Shown here: piece after piece, positions 61,223 to 64,000 of the stretch | Layout: each line of letters starts with the position of its first letter | Position numbering within the stretch: position 1 is the stretch's first letter | NCBI GenBank assembly: GCA_965200245.1 | Contig: CBDATS010000005.1 | Span: forward strand, 608,001 to 672,000 | Origin: a bacterium | GTDB taxonomy: Bacteria > UBA8248 | DNA length: 64,000 nucleotides | Reading direction: 5' to 3' | Notes under the pieces: model-generated | The model's input: the letters and a program-made list of their open reading frames with translations, nothing else | The model's database searches: none | Told to the model about the DNA's origin: nothing | Translations under genes and position numbers: made by a program

Positions 61223-62026
61223 TTGAGCGAGAACAAAAGCGGTTTCAAGCGCGCGGTGGAGGTTATGGCCCGCCTGAGGGCACCGGACGGCTGCCCCTGG
61301 GACAAGGAACAGGACCACAAGAGTCTCAAGCCCTACCTTGTCGAGGAAGCACATGAAGTGATGGAGGCCATTGAGGCGGGTGACCCGGCGATGCTCAAAG
61401 AAGAGTTGGGCGATCTCCTGCTTCAGGTGCTCTTCCACTGCCAGCTTGCAGAGGAAAAGGGTCTTTTCAATGCCGAGGAGACCGCCTTCGCCCTCGCGCA
61501 GAAGATGATAGACCGCCATCCACATGTGTTCGGGGATGCCCTTGCCGAGACCAGCGACGAGGTGCTCCGGAACTGGGAGATCAGCAAGAGAGAAGCCCGC
61601 GTGGGGGATGAGAAGAATACGGCATCCATTCTCGACGGCGTGCCCCCCGCCATGCCCGCGCTCCAGCGAGCCCAAAGGCTTCAGGGAAAGGCCTCGTACG
61701 TAGGCTTCGACTGGCCGGATGCGACCGGCGCGGCGGAAAAGATAGAAGGAGAGTGGGCAGAACTCAAGACAGCGATGCGAAATGGTGACCACGAGGCGAT
61801 CGAGCAGGAGATAGGCGATTTCCTCTTCGCCGCCGTGAACCTCTCCCGAAAACTCGGGGTGAACGCAGAAGGGGCAGTTCACGCCTGCATCGAGCGCTTC
61901 ACCATGCGGTTTCATTATATGGAGCAAGCATTGCGCACCCGGGGACTCTCACCCGAAAACGTGTCACTCGATGAACTCGAAGCACTTTGGATTCAGGCGA
62001 AAAATGTCGGAACGAGCGATGGATGA
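61223..62026 (+). CDS. mazG: Nucleoside triphosphate pyrophosphohydrolase MazG
   Basis: GCPWD.EQ, EELGDLLLQ, RHPHVF and GFDW, plus a second E.GD motif. Confidence 0.96.
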   Translation: MSENKSGFKRAVEVMARLRAPDGCPWDKEQDHKSLKPYLVEEAHEVMEAIEAGDPAMLKEELGDLLLQVLFHCQLAEEKGLFNAEETAFALAQKMIDRHPHVFGDALAETSDEVLRNWEISKREARVGDEKNTASILDGVPPAMPALQRAQRLQGKASYVGFDWPDATGAAEKIEGEWAELKTAMRNGDHEAIEQEIGDFLFAAVNLSRKLGVNAEGAVHACIERFTMRFHYMEQALRTRGLSPENVSLDELEALWIQAKNVGTSDG

Positions 62027-62092
62027 ACCGACTCTCGCACTAACCCCGCCCAATGTACACACGGTGACAAATCGCACTGCCAGGAACTACCG

Positions 62093-64000
62093 ATGACACG
62101 AAAACACAGAACCCCTCGTCCCGGCAGAGGAACTCCTCCCCCGCAGGCGGGCCTTTTCCCGCAAGACGGAACCGAGTTGACCGGCGCGGTCGAACGGATT
62201 CGTTTCCGCGCGGAGGACACTGGCTACACCGTCCTGCTCGTCCAGCCGGACAACGAGGACTTCCCGCGCGTGTCCGTAGTGGGCTATCTCTCCTCTATCC
62301 GAGAGGGCGAGAGAGCGCGCTTCGAGGGTAACTGGAAGGATCATCCCAGGTTCGGCCGCCAGTTCCACACCGAACTCGCCCGCCCATTGACACCTACAAC
62401 GGTCGAGGGAATCGAAAAATACCTCGCATCGGGCATTGTGAATAATATCGGCCCCGCACTCGCCAAGAGAATCGTGGCGCGATTCGGGGAAAATTCTCTT
62501 GAGATTCTGGACAATTACCCCGAGCGCCTAATGGAAGTGAATGGGCTCGGCGCGAAGAAACTTGAGGTAATCGTCGAGAGTTGGAAGAGCCAGAGCGAGG
62601 TCAAGGAGATCATGCTCTTCCTGCGTCAATACGACGTCCCGCTGCACCTGTCGGAGAAAATTCTCAGAACCTACGGCGAGGCGGCTATACGCATTCTCCG
62701 TGAAGACCCCTACCGCCTGGCAGCTGAAATTCACGGCGTAGGCTTCAAGAGTGCGGACCGCATTGCGCAGCGGCTGGGGATTCCCGTGGACTCGCCCAAG
62801 CGCCTCGCTGCGAGCGCCGTCTACGTCCTGAATCAGTTGGCCGAGCGCGAGGGCCACTGCTTCCTGCCATATGGGGACCTGATCGATACCGCCGCCGAAA
62901 TGCTCGAAATCGAAACAAATGCATTCCCCCCTGTCATCGACAAACTGCGCCAGGATGGACCGATAGTAGTCGAATCGGCGAACGTGGCCGAGAACCTCGC
63001 TTCAGACGAGAACAAGCGCATATATGCGCGCCCGCTCTATGTGGCGGAATGCGAGGTCGCCCGCCGACTCGCTACGCTCATCCGCACGACTCGCGATGAG
63101 GCGCGGCTGGAAGCCGCCCTGCATGGACAAGGCACACCCGGAAACACGACGGAAAAGCGCTTGAGCCACCTCGCCCGGCGCGCTCTTGAAGGCGGTATGG
63201 CGACGAAGGATCAGGGCGCAGCGATAGAGGGTGCGCTCACGCAGAAGGTGCTGATCGTCACCGGAGGCCCCGGCACCGGCAAGACGACCATCGTCAGCGC
63301 CGTCACAAATCTCTATACCAAACTGGGCCTTCAGGTCATCCTCGGCGCGCCCACAGGCCGGGCGGCCAAGCGCCTCTCGGAAGTCACAGGCCACGAAGCG
63401 GCTACCATCCACCGATTGCTCGAATATAGCTGGCACTCTGGCGGCTTTACCCGTGACGCCGAAAATCCGCTCACGGGCGATATCGTTATCATTGACGAGG
63501 CCTCAATGCTCGATGTGCATCTGACAGCCCACCTGCTGCGCGCGGTTCCCGATCAGGCGACACTCGTTCTGGTGGGCGATGTGGACCAACTCCCCTCCGT
63601 GGGACCCGGCAACGTACTTAGCGACGCCATCACCTCAGAATCCCTGCCCGTGGCAAGACTCACGGAGGTCTTCCGCCAGGCGCAGGAGAGCCTGATCGTC
63701 GAAAACGCCCACCATGTGAACCGGGGGGAGATGCCCAGAAGCGGTAAGGGGGAGAAAGAAGACGCGCCGCACGATTACTACTTCATCGAAGAGAGCGAAG
63801 CGGAGCGTTGCGCGGATATCATCGTCGAGCTATGTCGAGAACGCATTCCCGAGCGCTTCGGCTTCGACGCTATTGCCGATCTGCAGGTCATCTCCCCCAT
63901 GCAGCGCGGCGTGCTCGGCGTACAGAGCCTGAACGCCCGCTTGCAGGAAGCGCTCAACCCTGCCGGAAACGCCCCTGCACTCCAGAGCGGAGGCCGTGTA
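62093..64000 (+). CDS. recD2: RecD2-like SF1B helicase (3' end runs off window)
   Basis: Hand translation from ATG 62093 gives LTGAVERIRF..GYTV, HPRFGRQF, GFKSAD, GGPGTGKTT, APTGRAAKR, DEASM, GDVDQLPSVG and FRQA. Confidence 0.93.
   Translation, partial: MTRKHRTPRPGRGTPPPQAGLFPQDGTELTGAVERIRFRAEDTGYTVLLVQPDNEDFPRVSVVGYLSSIREGERARFEGNWKDHPRFGRQFHTELARPLTPTTVEGIEKYLASGIVNNIGPALAKRIVARFGENSLEILDNYPERLMEVNGLGAKKLEVIVESWKSQSEVKEIMLFLRQYDVPLHLSEKILRTYGEAAIRILREDPYRLAAEIHGVGFKSADRIAQRLGIPVDSPKRLAASAVYVLNQLAEREGHCFLPYGDLIDTAAEMLEIETNAFPPVIDKLRQDGPIVVESANVAENLASDENKRIYARPLYVAECEVARRLATLIRTTRDEARLEAALHGQGTPGNTTEKRLSHLARRALEGGMATKDQGAAIEGALTQKVLIVTGGPGTGKTTIVSAVTNLYTKLGLQVILGAPTGRAAKRLSEVTGHEAATIHRLLEYSWHSGGFTRDAENPLTGDIVIIDEASMLDVHLTAHLLRAVPDQATLVLVGDVDQLPSVGPGNVLSDAITSESLPVARLTEVFRQAQESLIVENAHHVNRGEMPRSGKGEKEDAPHDYYFIEESEAERCADIIVELCRERIPERFGFDAIADLQVISPMQRGVLGVQSLNARLQEALNPAGNAPALQSGGRV

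Overview
This is a bacterial chromosomal segment of moderately high GC, made up mostly of housekeeping genes. The gene order (rho-rpmE-prfA-prmC-murA-hisG-hisD, tandem DUF507, rpoD-tRNA(CAT)-Zn ribbon-rnhA-rnpB) resembles Nitrospinota, Nitrospirota or deltaproteobacteria-like lineages; this taxonomic placement is inference only. Every confidently called gene from 1 to 59.4 kb is on the minus strand. In window order these are the start of the dcw cluster (mraY partial, murF, murE, ftsI, ftsL, rsmH, mraZ), panB/panE, TauE, folP/folC, purH, ilvA, RNase P RNA, rnhA, tRNA-CAT, rpoD, dnaG, mutS2, a his operon lacking hisC, murA, prmC, prfA, an extended L31, rho, coaE, two DUF507 genes, a degenerate WYL regulator, a PHP hydrolase, tRNA-Gly(CCC), a lipoyl ligase, gcvPHT, a thiolase/HBD/ACAD trio, rluD, lspA, ileS, trpS, an S2P protease and a small hydrolase/crotonase/nitroreductase cluster. 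On the plus strand are a cupin, mazG and recD2 (partial). The most notable non-routine signals are four. (1) A ~1 kb AT-rich, transposase-less cassette bounded by perfect 14-bp IS1595/ISNwi1-like inverted repeats, carrying small passenger ORFs. (2) An unannotated, extensively base-paired ~160-310 nt region behind a strong promoter upstream of mutS2. (3) A PHP-WYL-DUF507x2-coaE unit whose WYL domain lacks the canonical ligand-binding motif. (4) Two oppositely oriented MraZ-box arrays flanking the dcw promoter.
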